Part shown: positions 37,074 through 38,126 of the stretch, one piece after another
Layout: every line of letters begins with the position of its first letter
Position numbering within the stretch: the first letter of the stretch is position 1
Assembly (NCBI GenBank): GCA_039586365.1
Contig: JBDHKN010000089.1
Location: 1 to 38,126, forward strand
From: Gemmatimonadota bacterium
GTDB lineage: Bacteria; Gemmatimonadota; Gemmatimonadetes; Gemmatimonadales; GWC2-71-9
Length of the DNA stretch: 38,126 nucleotides
Direction: 5' to 3'
The notes under the pieces: model-generated
Databases searched by the model: none
The model's input: only the letters and a program-made list of their open reading frames with translations
What the model was told of the DNA's origin: nothing
Translations under genes and position numbers: made by a program

Positions 37074-38126
37074 ATGCGTCACCGAACCAAGAAGCAACTT
37101 GTCATGCGGCTGGCCCTTGTATCTGTCCTGGGTGTGTCGGGTCTAATGACGCTCGAGGCAGTCGTGAGAGCCCGGTTGGGAGATTCGACGTTTCAGACAC
37201 CCACCAGGATCTATGCCAGTCCCATCGTGCTCAAGTCCGGCGGCGAGGCCGATCGAGACCGGGTTGAGACACAGCTAGAGCGGCTTGGATACCGGAGAGC
37301 CAGGCGAAGCCGTGTCACAATCGGTGAATACTACCTCGGGTCGGGAACCTGGGTTGTGGGGCGCCGGGCCTTCCGGCTGGGGAACAGACTCGACCCGGGA
37401 GGCGTGGTTACGATCGGGCTCGGCTATCGGGGTCGAATCTCCAGTGTCCGGGATGAGGACGGCAATCGTCTCCGCATGGTCTCGCTGGAACCAGAGCTCA
37501 TTCGCAGTGCCTTCGGCCCATTCCAAGAGGACCGCGTACCGGTTTCGTTAGAGCAAGTGCCCGATCACTTGGTGGCTGCGGTTCTGTCAATTGAAGACCA
37601 GCGTTTCTTCGATCACTGGGGCCTCCATCTCAAACGAATTGCTGGAGCAGCCGTAGCGAACGTGCGCGCTCGTCGTGTCGTGCAGGGGGCGAGCACTATT
37701 ACACAGCAGCTTGCCAAGAACCTGTACCTCTCAGCAAGACGTTCGCCGATCCGCAAGCTTCGGGAAGCCGCGATGGCGTTGGTTCTCGAGTCTCGCTACA
37801 GCAAGGAGGAGATTCTTGAAGCATACCTGAACGAGATATACCTGGGACAGGACGGTGCGCTGGCAATTCATGGTGTGGGACGTGCAGCGCAGTTCTATTT
37901 CGGAAAGGACGTGAGCCAACTTGATATCAGTGAAGCAGCTCTGCTCGCGGGTATCATACGCGGTCCGAGTCTCTACTCTCCCTTCCGTAATCCCGAAGCT
38001 GCGAAGAACCGACGCGACCTGGTGCTCGAACTGATGCTTAATAGGGAGCTCATCACCGAGAGCGAGCATCGCCGGGCACAGCGCGCATCGCTGGGCCTGA
38101 GAGAGAAGCCGCGGTCGGCAGATGCG
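37074..38126 (+). CDS. mrcB: Penicillin-binding protein 1B (5' part, truncated by the window end)
   Basis: Not in the ORF track. The frame reads MRHRTKKQLVMRLALVSVLG (TM), then UB2H-like TRIYASP...LERLGY...LEPELI and transglycosylase motifs IEDQRFF, QGASTITQQLAKNLYL, RKLREA and YLNEIYLGQ. Alternative start TTG 37002. Confidence 0.85.
   Translation, partial: MRHRTKKQLVMRLALVSVLGVSGLMTLEAVVRARLGDSTFQTPTRIYASPIVLKSGGEADRDRVETQLERLGYRRARRSRVTIGEYYLGSGTWVVGRRAFRLGNRLDPGGVVTIGLGYRGRISSVRDEDGNRLRMVSLEPELIRSAFGPFQEDRVPVSLEQVPDHLVAAVLSIEDQRFFDHWGLHLKRIAGAAVANVRARRVVQGASTITQQLAKNLYLSARRSPIRKLREAAMALVLESRYSKEEILEAYLNEIYLGQDGALAIHGVGRAAQFYFGKDVSQLDISEAALLAGIIRGPSLYSPFRNPEAAKNRRDLVLELMLNRELITESEHRRAQRASLGLREKPRSADA

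Noticed and set aside
127..38126. Selenoproteins via UGA readthrough
   Set aside because: The redox candidates (DsbA CPYC, C-GCAxxG-C-C protein) use Cys codons, and the split genes are frameshifts rather than in-frame UGA stops.

Overview
GC-rich bacterial chromosomal window from a diderm; the gene content suggests Gemmatimonadota or another FCB-group lineage (inference). The left third is largely housekeeping: the 3' end of a cobalamin riboswitch, a btuF-btuC-btuD-btuB B12 uptake operon, recO, selB, a stand-alone FlgD-Ig/T9SS-CTD-like secreted protein, clpB, tadA and a DsbA-family lipoprotein. The most interesting locus is a tightly coupled minus-strand four-gene operon at 13002-16761. It encodes a coiled-coil protein, a membrane protein (predicted cytoplasmic longin-like domain, one TM helix, periplasmic OmpA-like domain), a Rab-like small GTPase and a PP2C phosphatase, and looks like a trans-envelope small-GTPase signalling module. 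The rest is accessory: a disrupted TonB-dependent receptor with a divergent TetR and two matching operators, a GT1 glycosyltransferase, and a BlaI/BlaR1-like pair with tandem TGCTA-N6-TAGCA operators whose sensor region is an 11-unit DSDYE helical repeat. Further on are an M19 dipeptidase/SSS transporter operon, two Tat-signal SDR paralogues flanking an NTT-like MFS transporter, an alpha/beta hydrolase, an ACT protein, an M24 peptidase broken by a 7-bp duplication, gene remnants, a C-GCAxxG-C-C protein and the 5' part of mrcB (PBP1B). No tRNA, rRNA, CRISPR array or transposase was found.
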